Positions 27,558 to 41,075 of a stretch of DNA of 64,000 nucleotides are shown here, piece after piece (position 1 is the first letter of the stretch; the number at the start of each line of letters is the position of its first letter). The notes under the pieces were generated by a model. That model did no database searches, was not told the origin of the DNA, and saw only the letters and a program-made list of their open reading frames with translations. The stretch spans positions 73,408,001 to 73,472,000 of the forward strand of contig NC_042997.1 of NCBI RefSeq assembly GCF_006345805.1, given 5' to 3'. The DNA is from Octopus sinensis. Lineage: Eukaryota. Made by a program: the position numbers and the translations under genes.

Positions 27558-27608
27558 CCAAAACATCTCGGTCTTCGACTTGTCCTCCCAAACCGGATTT
27601 CCTATCAA
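27558..27608 (-). CDS. Candidate internal exon of the minus-strand host gene
   Basis: Acceptor CTCCTATCTTCACTTCAAACAG, donor TTGG|GTGAGT, 51 nt, phase 1 to phase 1: DRKSGLGGQVEDRDVL. It joins 19566 in frame (G+AT = Asp). Confidence 0.5.
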
Positions 27609-30127
27609 CTGTTTGAAGTGAAGATAGGAGCTTATGTAATTCTTCAAAATTTACACAGCTTTTGGTTTAAATTAACCTTCTCACATTTCCAACCTGCATT
27701 CCCCCAGCTCCAGCTCCAAAACTTACCTTCCTGCTACTCATCTTTTCCCCTTTACCCCGCAGACTCATCTGCACCCCACCTACTTTCCCTTCTTTTATCC
27801 ATCTTACCCCTCCCAACACCATACAAACAAAAACCCTCCACATACACTAACTCGGGTTCCACAAACACGCATATTTACACACTCGTCTTTTCGGCTACTC
27901 TTCTCCAACACATTTACGTCCTTCACTTATACACGCATACACACAGCTCTATTCACCTCTATTTTGTCTCTTTGATACACTTACACATGCATACACTAGC
28001 ATACGAACACATCTACCCATACACGCATGCACTTCACACACCCACACACACATGCACACAAGCACACTCATTGGCACTTTCATACAGTCTTCCACTCACT
28101 GCCTGTAATTATACACGCATTTATCCATTTATACACACTCTATTCGGCATGTTGTCTCTCTGGCATACACATACTGACTAGCAAGCAGTCATACATATAT
28201 CCACACATGCACCTGCTCTTCACATTCTCTGTCTGTCTGTCTCTGTCTCTCTCTCGCTCACTCTCCCTCTTTTTTTCTCTCCCTCTCACACACACACAAA
28301 GACCACTTACTGCCCTTTTAGTACATGCACACTTCTACACTTCAACATTCGTTATTTTGATTCGCACATTTGAATCATCTATTTCTTTTTCCCTCCTCTG
28401 CCTGTTACTTCTGCTTGACCACTGTTCATTTTATTGACACACGCGCACGCTCACTCACGTTCAAATTCTTCTTCTACTCCTTCTTCTTTGTACCGATTCT
28501 TCTTTCAAAGCTGACGACTTTTATACTCCTACTTTTCTACTTCAGTGAACCAGTTTCCTTCTTCCCCGGAGGACGTTTGTAACAATGTCTTGATTTTCAC
28601 CTTCAAGCTGATGTTACTTTTTTTTATCGGATTGCGCCATGTTACCGGGCACTCTTTACCATCTTCTGAACTACAGTAATCTGCTATATAGCCTTTATAC
28701 AAGAGAAATAAGTGAGAATGTTTCTGTATGGTTTGTGCGCAAATTTGAAGAGCATTCTATAAACATTTGTTTAAAATGTTCCCGCACATATTTCTCGGAC
28801 TATTTTAATCACATCGGAATTCAGTTACACAATCATCTTTATTCTTTTCTTTTTCTTTGTTTTTTTTTTCTTTTTCGAACTTTAGCGTCTCGAACGTTAC
28901 AACCAGCCACTTTTAGTTTCATAGCAGCACGCCTGAATAACACTTTTCAGCTGCTACTAACTTTTGTTTAAGTACTTGCTTACACACGCATAGCACCTTT
29001 AATCTTGCTCTTGCTCTTCACCTTTATTTCTGCATGAATAAATGCTCTCACGTCTTCACATTTACGCCTGCACGTTACCCACATAATTGCACACACTCAC
29101 ACATACCATGAGCTCCTGTCCACACAAACCAAGCTTGCAACAATTTATACATACACCACACAGATACACTTTGATACATGTATATAGAAACATGTAATAC
29201 ATGTACATTCACACCTCCCTCCCTTCTCAACTCCTGCCATGCAAGAGTATTCCCCTTGATTTCTAACTCTCTACTTTCCTGCTATACCCCTCCCCTCGTT
29301 CTGAATTTTTGTTGATATTGTGATCTTGTAAATATTTTTCTTTGAAGCACTGATTATTTTTCTTCCCCTCTCTCTTGCCCTTTCCATCTCTCTCTTCTCT
29401 TTCCTATAGTTCTATTTTCTTTGCCGTTTTAATGTAGGGTTAGCTCCCAAAACGTTATGACACTCGTTTTTTAATTTTTTAAGTATTAAACGAATACTGT
29501 TTATCAAACTTTCTTAATCTTCAGTTGATATTTTTAATGTTTATTGACGTTACACTATCACATTGATGGACACATGTATATTTACGCGTATGTGTGTATT
29601 TTTGTGTATATGTGTGTATGCATGTGTGCGATTATTAAAAAAAGCTAATGTTAATTAAATTCATTTCAAAATATGGCTTATTTTATATAACAGTATATGG
29701 CGATATATAACATCATCTCACAATCGATGGCAATCACAATTAACCCTGGTGGCAGTTTAAACTCAGAATCTACTTCTGAAATTGAATATTGCAAGATAAT
29801 TCAACGTCTGCTTAAAAATGTATTCCGTTTCCAAACACTCTGACAAAGTGATCTTAATTGTAAATCGATTTGTTTACCTTGAAAAGAAAAACAACTATAA
29901 AATAACCCTTCTTCTTAGAATATAAGGAGATTCCATTCCTCATCATTATTTGCTTTTATCTCGGAATGCCACCAGTTCTTGAACTGACAGATTGTTAGAT
30001 TGGTTAAATCAAAAAACTTCAATCATCGTCAATCTATTTGCAGTTTCATGGCTTTTCTTGATGCATTGCCATACTTCACAAAAGGTAATACCCTGTAACT
30101 GTGAAAATATTTCTAATCCGTATGTAT

Positions 30128-30400
30128 ATAATATTTGTGTGTGTGTGTTTGTTCCCCCGCCACCGCTTGACAACCGATGCTAGTGTGTTTATGTCTCCGT
30201 AACTTAGCGGTTCGGCAAGAGAGACCAATAGAATTAGTACTTAGCGGTTCGGCAAGAGACTAATAGAATTAGTACTAGCCTTACAAAGAATAAGTCCTGG
30301 TTTCGATTTCTTCGACTAAAACCTTTTAAGGTGGAGCTCCTGCATGGCCGCAGTCAAATGACTGGAACAAGTTAAAGAATATAAAAAAAAATAAAGAATA
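30128..30400 (+). mobile_element. SINE 3' half with a short internal duplication
   Basis: CCCCGCCACCGCTTGACAACCGATGC...; CTTAGCGGTTCGGCAAGAGA occurs twice. Confidence 0.8.
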
Positions 30401-30687
30401 CACATATACATACATATATCCTTGATATCCTATGTAACTTTCCGTCTACATATTAGTATACAACTATTCTTATGCATACATTCGAATGAGATTGGTGGAA
30501 TAAAACGGAACGTGATGAATAAGATATAATAAAACCGAATGAAATATACTGAAATATAATAAATTGAATATAATGGTCTTAAGATGCACCTTCCGGGTGC
30601 TCTGAGATGTATCATCAATTATGTTTCTGGATCCTCATTGTCTTTCAACGGAGGTTCATGAAATTTCATCTTGATATGCAAAACAGA

Positions 30688-31550
30688 AGGAACGTCTCAG
30701 AGGATGGTATATGCAAATGCGGAAAGGTCGGAACACTGAAACATATTCTATCCAACTGTTCATTAGCATTGAACAGGTATACATGGAGACACAACTTGGT
30801 TCTTAAGGTTATCTTCAATGCTATAAAGGACCAAATTCATCACAACAACACTGAGAAAGAAACGTTGAAAGTACCAATTAGAGATTTCGTTACCATCGTG
30901 CGCTCAGGTCAGCGGATCCGTTCAAGATGAAGAAACTTCCTGTGAGAGATGAAAAGTGGAACGGCTATTGGGAAGTGACTGCAGATTTACCTGGGTGCCA
31001 GGCATTATGTCCCATCCCAGTTACGAAAGAACCGGACATTCTGATGTGGTGTGAAAGAAGGAAAGTTGTAAATCTAGTCTAGTAAATGGTTCCTCATGAC
31101 GTTAACATGGACGCGCTCGGGCTCAAAAGATTGACCGTTATGTAAACCTCCTCGAGGAATGTGAAGACGCAGGCTGGAAAGCGGAGCATTTTCCTATCGA
31201 AGTTGGATGTAGAGGGTTTGTTCGACACTGTAAGACGACTGTTGTTATCGCTAGGCTTAACTCTTCGTAAGGTACATACCACAATGACCGATATCCAAAC
31301 TACAGTGGAGAAGGCAAACCACTGGATTTGCTTAAAAAGAAGCGATGAGTAATGGCTAGAGAAATAGTGAGCTTTATTTACTAACCAGTAGATCTAGCAA
31401 GCGGCGCCTCATATCAGTGAGGTGGTGGCCAGTGCGCATTGATGCTGTCGAGAGGTAGGCCTCGAAATGGCGCGCATTCTCTCCTGATGACCTCATACAC
31501 TTGCTGGCTTCCGGTATGCGGAGTTCTCGACTAGTAGCAAATGCCTCGGC
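30688..31550 (+). mobile_element. 5'-truncated HERO-like LINE (zinc knuckle, REL endonuclease, 3' UTR)
   Basis: CKCGKVGTLKHILSNCSLALNRYTWRHNLVL, EPDILMWCE..., GWKAEHFPIEVGCRGF. Close duplicate of 35001-35850. Confidence 0.85.
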
Positions 31551-31869
31551 TGTACTCTGACTTTTGAGAAGCAAGGAGTCTTACGTGATCACTCAACCTT
31601 TTAGAAATGACAGTCAAATCTCCCTTAATTTATAGCCTGTAGGCTTTTGAAAAATAAAGGAACTCAGAATAATGTAGTTTTAGATATATTGTGTTTGAAT
31701 TGAGAGAGGAGTTGTCTGCGTGCTCATTCGACCTATAAAAAACAGCAGCCAAAATCTCCCTCAGATTACAGCCGATAGACTTTAAAAAGAAAGAAACTTA
31801 AGAGTTGTGAAATCTTGTGTAATCTTAGATATATCATGTCTGAATAAAAATCAGGATAGTCACGTAACT

Positions 31870-32163
31870 GGGATGGGAAAGAATCCCTCACACCCAGATA
31901 AATCTGCAGGCACTTCCCAATAGCCGTTCCACTTTTCATCTCTCACAGGAAGTTTCTTGTTCTTCTTCTTGAAACGGATCCGCTGACCTGAGCGAACGAT
32001 GGTAACGAAATCTCTAATTGGTACTTTCAACGTTTTGTTTTTCTCTCAGTGTTGTTGAAATGAATTTGATTCTTTATATCATTGAAAGGCCAAGTTGTGC
32101 CTCCATGTATACTTGTTCCATGCTAATGAACAGTTGGAAAGTGTTCCGACCTTTTCGCATTTG
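31870..32163 (-). mobile_element. Inverted third copy of the HERO-like zinc-knuckle segment
   Basis: Reverse complement matches 30716-31020 and 35028-35335 (CAAATGCG.AAAGGTCGGAACAC...GGCTATTGGGAAGTG). Confidence 0.85.
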
Positions 32164-32164
32164 G

Positions 32165-35100
32165 AAGACATCTAAAACTTTGTGGTAGGTAGCCAAACCG
32201 GAAAGATGGTTAGGCATCTTGGAAAGACAAAGAGGACTGCTTGGAATAACGAGCGGACAATAGGAAAGAGTGGCGGAGGCAGTGGACATACAATCCTCGC
32301 CTTTGTAATATATTGTAACAGATACGAATGAGAATGACAGCTCCACGATTGACCGAGTGGTGGGAGTCGAGAATCAGTCAAACCCAGTTAGCACATAAAT
32401 GACCTTGGACACGAGTACGGCTATTCATTCGAACAGCGACCGAATTGCAAACAACTTTGGATGCAAGCTGTGCTGTAGAACCTTTGCAACTGTGAGAGGC
32501 TTGAAGATACATTAGGGAAAGACTTGTGAGAAGAAGACAGAGCAGTGCGAATCATCTGGTCGTAAAACACGTGGCAAATCATCCCCGGATTCAAACCACA
32601 GCGGATAGATAAATGCTACAGCAAAGACCTCTTCCCGCCAAGAAACTGCAAGTCATAAAACTGGTGCATCAGATAGTACTCAGAGGAAACCGAGGGTTGT
32701 GTGGCCTGCTGCTAATGAGAAAGGGAAATATAAAGAGCTTGAAAACAAGGTATGTCGAGCTCTTTATACAATGACAGGATCCACAGTGGAGAAACTTGGA
32801 AAATTAACAAGCTCAATTTACGATACAGGAAAGGAATTATTTTGAGTGAAAGAGTATGTCCGATGAGCGAAAGAGAATGTCCGATGAGCGAAAGGAAAAT
32901 GTGGACCAAGCAGGAGGAAATGGAAAATGAAGCAGTCGAGGAAGGAAAAGACCAGCCGAAGAAAGCGATTGAAATATGCTACAGAAGATGAAAAACCTGG
33001 CCTCGCGCTGCTGTATAACGATTTGAAAAGGAAATGTCGTTATGTGCAACGACATATCCGCCGATATGAGAGTCGAAAGGAGAGTTAAAGGACTCGAAGG
33101 CAGTCTCTGAAGGAACCGTACAGGTTAACTAAGAAGCTGTTCACTGAACCGAAGAGTGGTTCTTTATCGTGCACGAAAGAAGAATTCGACGCTCATATCA
33201 AAGAAACCTACAGCGATCCGCACCGTAACCAGCCACTGCCACCATGGGCTAAATCATCTCTCAGAACCAGATATCGACTTCCAGATTGGGGACATCAGGG
33301 AGAGATAGGTGAATGATTTCGTAAGAAAAGCTAGAGCAAAGTGTCCCAGGAGGTGATGGCGTCTCATATAAAGTTTATAAATATTGCAATCGTCTGTGAA
33401 AGATGCTCTTCGTCCTACTCCGACAGCTGTGGCGTGAAGAGACTATAGTAGAGGATTGGTGTAATGCAGAAGGTATATACCTGCCGAAGGAGGCCAATGC
33501 AGAGACTATAAAACAGTTTAAGCCGATACCCTTATTGAATGTGGAAGGCAAGATCTTTATGGGAATTCTTTCGAGGAGAACAGTGACATATTTACAGAAT
33601 AACGGATATGTTGATGAATCTGTTCAAAAGGCCGGAATCCCCGGGTTTCCTGGATGCGTTGAACACTGTTTTTCGATTTGAAAAGCGATCCAGGATGCCA
33701 AACAGATCGAGAGAAGTCTGAACGTGGTATGGCTTGACCTAGCTAACGCATATGGCTCAGTTCCACACGAATTACTGATAAGAGCCATGGACCACTTCCA
33801 CATTCCAGACAAAGTGATCAAAATAATGAGGATGTACTATGACAGTTTCGAAATGAGGTTTACAGCTGGAAATTTTACAACAGATTGGCATCGATTGAGG
33901 TTGGCATTGCTACTTGCTGTACAATATCTGTCACGTGGTTTATCTTGATCATGGAGATGATTTTGAAAGCTGTGGGTTTTTCGGAACAAATCGCCCATGT
34001 ACAATCGCCTAAGAAAGCCTTCATGGATGACGTGACACTTCTAGCTACAGATAAACAAATCATGAAGAATGCCCTCATGGGACTAGACGAACTTGTGAGG
34101 TGGTCAAGGATGCGGTTTAGAGCAAAAAAGTCGTGTATTCTGACATTTGTTGAGGGAGTGCAGAAAGAATTTAAGTTTCGAATAGCTGAAGAAAGCATTC
34201 CAACAGTCAAAGAAGAATCAGTCAAGAGCTTGGGGCGAGTATACGCTGGAACATTGTCAGACAGAAGTCGTGGGATGGAAATTATGAAACAAGCTGAGGC
34301 TGGATTATCAGCTATTGATAACTCGAAGTTAGCAGGTAACTATAAAATTTGGTGCTTGCAGTTCGGCTTGTACCCGCGACTTTCGTGGCCACTTTTAATA
34401 TACGAGGTAGTCTTATCGGGAGTTCAGATCATTGAACATAAATGTACTGTGTTCATTAGAAAGTGGTTAGGCCTACATTGGATGTTGAACAGTTCAGCTT
34501 TTATCGTCAAAGAGGTTCGTTGCAGCTACCAATGGCGTCAATAGTCGAAATATATAAAGTGGGGAAGATACGGACGGTGATGATGCTGAAAGAATCGAAG
34601 GACATGGAAATCAGGTGTAACCCACCAGAGGTGAAAACAGCCAGGAATTAGAAAGTAGAAGCAGAGACTGATGACATCTTGTCTTTTCTTATGCACAGAG
34701 ATATGGTGGGTGCAATGTAAAACCATTGGAAAGGACTTGGTTTTGGCACAGATCAGTTCAAACCGTTTGTGAGTATGATGCAGAGCGAACACAGATCTGT
34801 TGTTAGCAACAACGTCAAAACGAGAGAAGCAGATAGAAGAGAGCTTCATTTGATCCGATGTATTCAACAAGGACAGATAACGAAATGGGAAGAACATAAA
34901 ATAAGTTGGGATGAGATAAGGAAGTGCACGACATCTCGGCTAAGTTTTCTGATTCGTTCATCCTAAGATATTTTGCCATCACCTACGAATCTAGTAAGTT
35001 GGAACGTCTCAGAGAATGGTATATGCAAATGCGGAAAGGTCGGAACACTGAAACATATTCTTTCCAACTGTTCATTAGCATTGAACAAGTATACATAGAC

Positions 35101-35850
35101 ACACCACTTGATCCTTAAGATTATCTTCAATACTATAAATAACCAAATTCATCTCGACAACACTGAGAAAGAAACGTTGAAAGTACCAATTAGAGATTTC
35201 GTTACCATCGTGCGCTCAGGTCAGCGGATCCGTTCAAGATGAAGAAGAAACTTCCTGTGAGAGATGAAAAGTGGAACGGCTATTGGGAAGTGACTGCAGA
35301 TTTACCTGGGTGCCAGGCATTATGTCCCATCCCAGTTACAAAAGAACCGGACATTCTGATGTGGTGTGAAAGAAGAACAGTTGTAAATCTAGTCGAGTTA
35401 ACGGTTCCTCATGACGATATGGACGCCGCTCAGGCTCGAAAGACTGACCGTTATGTAAGCCTCTTCGAGGAATGTGAAGACGCAGGCTGGAAAGCGGAGC
35501 ATTTTCCTATCGAAGTTGGATGTAGAGGGTTTGTTGGACACTGTGACACGACTGTTGTTATCGTTAGGCTTAACTCTTCGTAAGGTACATACCACCATGA
35601 CCGATATCCAAACTACAGTGGAGAAGGTAAACCACTGGATTTGGTTTAAAAGAAACGACGTGCAATGGCTAGAGAAATAGTGAGCTTTATTTACTAACCA
35701 GTTGATCTAGCAAGCGGGGCCTCATATCAGTGAGCTTGGGCCGATGTACATTGATGCCGTCGAGAGGTAGGCCTCGAAATGGCGCGCATTTTCTCCTGAT
35801 GACCCCATACACTTGCTGGCTTCCGGTATGCGGAGTTCTCGACTGGTAGC
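32165..35850 (+). mobile_element. Near full-length HERO-like (R2 group) non-LTR retrotransposon, inactivated
   Basis: N-terminal zinc finger CKLCCRTFATVRGLKIH (~32460). RT motifs FKPIPLLNVEGKIF, VQKAGIPGFPGCVEH, WLDLANAYGSVPH, FMDDVT and IWCLQFGLYPRLSWPLLIYEV, then the REL domain. Many stops and frameshifts. Confidence 0.88.
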
Positions 35851-36999
35851 ACTTGCATGTGCAAGTTGTTTGCAAGACAAATATGTTATAGAATAATTAT
35901 GACAATGATAAAAATATATCATATTTGGGCTAGCTGTCAGGAGTTATGCGGAACAGATGTAGTGCAGTGATAGAGAAAAAAATGTTCAGCATTCATGGAT
36001 TCCCTCAAGGCATCATATTGCTTACGGTTTATGTACGTGTATGATTTAGGGGTGATGAATAGTTGAAGCAATGGGGAACAGAACTTATCCTTACCCTGAA
36101 TGTCTCATTCTTATGTCAAACTGAGTTCAAAGTAGTCTGCGGTTCATACATGGATTACATTTATTCAGCATTTCAAGGCAGATGATTGTCTATGTACTGT
36201 TACACCATCATGTCACATCGTTTAAATTTCATCGCAGATTATGACATACGTGTCAACGTGTCGATACATCATATAGGGCGACACGAATTGACTTGTATTG
36301 TAAAGCCTATGCATGTGTAATTCCAGTGTAATATTTCTACTTCCACGAGTGTTCATTCACTATGTTACATCGCTCAAACTTTATGATATGTTATGCCCTA
36401 TTATGTACAATCCTTAATGAAATGATCGTTCGGTATACAGCGGGAAGTTGATTCGCTGATGTATTACCTTTTTTTTTAATTTATGGAGAACGGGAAAATC
36501 AAGAGACTCAGACTGTGTGAGAGCAAGGTTGGCGCTGGTTTTGCAAATCTAGGTGTAAGTATGTGAGATATATGAAGAAGTAAATGAGATGAATGAATGG
36601 TATATTTATATTTATAAGGTCAACGTCAACAAATTTGTCGACAAGTGCAGTTGGTGTTCATAGAAGAAAAGTGAGAATGAGAAGTGAAAGAAAATAGCAA
36701 ACAGGAAAGTGGGTGGTTTAACCACATTGCAGCTGAAATGTGTTCGAACAAGAGTATGATTGAAGGCTTGAAACTTTTATGTATTTGCATGTAGCAAGAA
36801 GACATCTTTTTCATTTTGTTTGCAGAAATGCTCCAGTCGCCCATATTTGACGCCTTGCTCCTTGTATTTCCAGCAATAATCCATGGTTCTTTAGGTTTTA
36901 GAAAACCTTATGTTTGAGTTTGCAGTCAGTGTCTAAAACATCTGCTGTATAAATTAGTTACTTTTCGAGGAATATATTATTCAAAGAATATCTACCAGA

Positions 37000-37412
37000 G
37001 GCGCAGGAGTGGCTGTGTGGTAAGTAGCTTGCTAACCAACCAAATGGTTGCGGGTTCAGTCCCGCTGTGTGGCATCTTAGGCAAGTGTCTACTGCTATAG
37101 CCCCGGGCCGACCAATACCTTGTGAGTGGATTTGGTAGACGGAAACTGAAAGAAGCCTGTCGTATATATGTATATATATATATATGTGTGTATGTGTTTG
37201 TGTGTCTGTGTTTGTCCCCCTAGCATTGCTTGACAACCGATGCTGGTGTGTTTACGTCCCCGTCACTTAGCGGTTCGGCAAAAGAGACCGATAGAATAAG
37301 TACTGGACTTACAAAGAATAAGTCCCGGGGTCGATTTGCTCGACTAAAGTCGGTGCTCCAGCATGGCCGCAGTCAAATGACTGAAACAAGTAAAAGAGTA
37401 AAAGAGAAAAGA
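37000..37412 (+). mobile_element. Full-length tRNA-derived SINE
   Basis: A-box-like TGGCTGTGTGGTAAG, B-box-like GGTTCAGTCCC, central (TA/TG)n and a GAGTAAAA tail. Confidence 0.9.
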
Positions 37413-39530
37413 GAGTTTCTGAATTTACATCCTCGTTGAAATGACTTCCACATTAATTCTTGTCGTTGTATTTTGATTGAGTATTTGTTATCCTATATTG
37501 CCCAAATAGCTATAGTTAACCCACACAAAAGTTTTGCTGAAGATTTTGTGGTATCTGTGGTATATGGGACTGTTCCTGCTCAGTAGGATTATGAAATGTC
37601 TTAATGATTTTTAGGTACCTGGTATTTCGTTATGCAAGCATAATATATTATATAGTATATTAAAAGTTTTTATAAGTTAGTACCCCTTCTGCTGCATTTA
37701 TAATGCTTTTTACATTATTTTATTAAGGTTATTTCTACAGATAGCCTGTAGAAATTTTCCCCAGCACTGATTTTGCTATAACGTTTAGTATCGGGACGTC
37801 AGATGTAAACAAACAATGGGATGAGTGATAAAAATGGCCAATGAGTGTATATGCCATATTTCGCGGGTGTTTTGTCCCTTCAAATCCCATCTAACCCGTT
37901 CTCGCTTCCGAACACATTGCTTATACAGCCACCGCATACAGCGGTGTTAAGTTATTGGATATACCAATTTACATATTAAACGCACTCCTGAAGCCAGTAT
38001 GTAATAATTAATGATTTGTAGGTAAGTGGTATTTTGTTATGCAAACGTAATAAGAAATGTCTGGCTATGTTTTCGGTTACATGCACACAAATAATTGATT
38101 GAACCAAACCATGTAAGTAAGGGATAGTGTTTTGGCTTTTTCATTGGAAATACCTATCCTTTGTATGTTATTGTAGCATGAGGCGGCTTTATTGTTTATA
38201 TTCATAACTGAAGAGTGATTAGAAATGTTTCAACTGATGTTGACAACGATATACTTGATAATTGTTAGCGGATGCTTGCAGCGGTATTTTTATAAGCCGC
38301 TTCCTCATTTGGCTATTGAGTTTGCAGTTAGTGTCTAAAACATCGACTCTATAAATTAGCTCCTGTATGAGGTGGACATTTATATCGATATGTAGGTAGC
38401 TTACTATTTTTGTACTATATTATGTTCATGTTGGTTCATACGTCCAATACAGTCATCTAATTTTAATAGAGTGGCAAGATTCTTTGTCTTAACAATTTTA
38501 ATTTTTTGGTTTGATTTCATTATTGGTATTTTTGTCAGTTTCTTATGCGTAATTAGTTTTATCTGCTTTCCCAAATAAATTCAGTCTGGGAAGTATTGTC
38601 TTAGTTGTAAAACTTCATAGATTCTATAAGGTTAATCAGATCCTCTTGAAATGTCAGTAATATAAAGAGATGCTTATTTGGTTTGGAACCATCAGCTGTA
38701 GGCGTATTAGACCTGCATTTATGGAAGAAGAATGTTCTAGTCGTACATCAATCTTCTTTAAAAGTCATTTGATGCACAGCATCTTTGTTGAAATGTCGCT
38801 GTTTTGTTACAGAATGACTGATTGCAAATCTCACCATACCTTGATGCTCGTGTACATTGTTCAGCTGACCGGAATTCAGTAGAGGAATAGGTAATTTCAA
38901 GGCAACGAACGGAAGGAAGATTAATGAAATTCCCAGTTAGCGTATAAGTAATTTCATTCAAATACCAAGGAACAAAACTAGCTTGAAACTTCAATTTTAT
39001 CCGACATGATATTTTAACTTGAAATGTCTGCCTACACTTGTGGTTAGAGATATTAGATAAACATACATACACACACAATGCACACAGATAGGTCCACACA
39101 CTAACATACACACATATGGCTAGGTTGTTATGCTGCCAGTGGAAAATATTTCCAAGATCTCTGTTCATAAAAGTAATGTATATGTATCAAGGTTATTTAT
39201 CTCGAGTATATTCGTTTACTGATATTTTGAATCAACAACATATAGTATTTATTCCCGCTAATATTCTGGTGAGTTCGAACATGACATTCATAACAGTTTG
39301 CAAAATGATATATGAAGCATTTGTTCCTAACATTATACAATTCTGCATATCATCTCTAAATGCTGTGTGGATCATTATTTTCTATAGAAAAAATCATAGC
39401 AACGATGTATTTTTTGAGAGAAGAAAATTAAATTTATCTATGTCTGATGCAGTGTAATGGAAATGTTGGAACCGGATTCACAGCCTGTCCATTGATATAA
39501 CTTATCACTACTACAACTCCACGCAGAAAT

Positions 39531-40745
39531 ATATCAGGTCATAAGTTCTGTCCGAATTTTGAATAAAGAAAACAAGTGACCAAATGTTAAATTTAATTGA
39601 AATTTAATCATCAACGTACTTTCCCTGATTATCTATGATTTCCTTCCATCTATTTACCAGCTATTTAATCCCATCAATGTAAAACTCTTTCGATTTCAAA
39701 GCGAAGAACTCTCAAATGTCAGTTTCGACCCACTCTTGGATTGCGAAAGTTATGTCCCCCCAAATAATTCTGTAAACTACGAAACAAATGGTAGTCTGAA
39801 GGAGCAAAGTCGGGAGAATAAGGTGGATGAAGAATCTTTTCCCAACCAAGCACTTCGATCTTCTGTGATGTGATCTTTGCTGTGTGGGGTCACGCATTGT
39901 CCTGATGAAACATAACTCCTTTCTTTTCGATTCAGTAAAGCAGGTCTTTTCTTTTTCAAAGCTTGGTTCAAACGCTCTAATTGCTGACAGTAGACTTGAG
40001 CATTGATTTTTGCATTAGGTGGTAACAATTCAAAGTAAATTACTCCTTTGCAATCCCACCAGATGGAGAGAAGAACCTTTTTTCCACGAAGTTCCCTTCA
40101 TAGTTGTGGTTGAGCTTTTTCCCTTTTACCAAGCCACTGTTTATGACGTTTAACATTTTGATAGAAGATCTACTTTTCGTCAAAAGTCATAAGTCTATCC
40201 AAAAAGGGTGAAGTGACTTCGCGAGAATGGAGAGAAGAGCAGATGTCAACTCGGGATTTGCGGTTGCTTTCGGACAATTCATGAAGCACCCATTTTTCAA
40301 GTTTAGGAACCTTTCCAAGTTGTTGAAGATGACGATGAACAATTGTATGGTTTGAACTAATCTTTATTGCCAATTCTTCAACTGATAATGCAGGATTTTC
40401 TTCAAGTAATGCCTCAAAGAGCTTATCGTCAAACTCAACTGGACGTTCTATTCGATCTTCATCTTCAAGGCTGAAATCTCCACTTCTGAACTTTGCAAAC
40501 TTTCTTCTGCAAGTTCTTTCATTCAAACATTCTTTCCCATAAACTGAGTGTATGTTACGAGTTGCTTCATCTGCAGAGTTTCCTTTTTTGTACTCATAAA
40601 GCATTATGTGCCTTAAATGCTCTTTGGGTACTTCCATGTTAGAAAGCGTTTTAATTGAATAAATTGTAATTCGATTATTCTGTAAAATAATATTTAATTA
40701 TTTTAAATGTACACAAATATATAAAAATAATTTTAAATTCCATTA
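39531..40745 (-). mobile_element. mariner transposon (disrupted transposase)
   Basis: MEVPKEHLRHIMLYEYKKG...KWVLHELSE...LDRLMTFDEK, WWDCKGVIYFELLPPNAKINAQVYCQQL and YSPDFAPSDFHLF-like motifs. A TIR-like TATCAGGTCATAAGTTCTGTCCG lies at ~39532; the opposite TIR was not found. Confidence 0.92.
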
Positions 40746-40762
40746 GACATGCAGAGTCCCCC

Positions 40763-40767
<5 letters not shown>

Positions 40768-40810
<43 letters not shown>

Positions 40811-41041
40811 ACCCTCCTTTAGTGGGATTTGAACTATTATCGCTGAGAGCTGAAACAAATACTGCGAGGCATATATCTGCTTTTTGAAAGACAAAGCTAA
40901 ATCGCCACCTAAGATAATCGCTAACAGCTTTCTATTGGTCAAAAGCCACATCATCTCTATATTTGTTGTAAATATATTTCTGGGTTTGCGAAGTGGTGTG
41001 AATGTAGTGATACGTTATATCAATGGGTCGGTTGTGAATCC

Positions 41042-41075
<34 letters not shown>

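Noticed and set aside
27727-27790. Strong donor AAG|GTAAGT on the minus strand
   Set aside because: Open only in phase 0, incompatible with the phase-1 exon at 27608, and set in low-complexity sequence.
31440-31500. GAAA...CTGATGA words in the HERO 3' UTR (also ~35750-35810) as a hammerhead
   Set aside because: Only 16 nt lie between GAAA and CTGATGA, too few for stems III and I, and the bases flanking the core cannot form stem II.
38758-39168. 136-aa minus-strand ORF, and an 80-nt plus-strand AG...GT segment (38811-38890)
   Set aside because: The ORF partly derives from (TG)n and has no motif. The plus segment has stops in all three frames.
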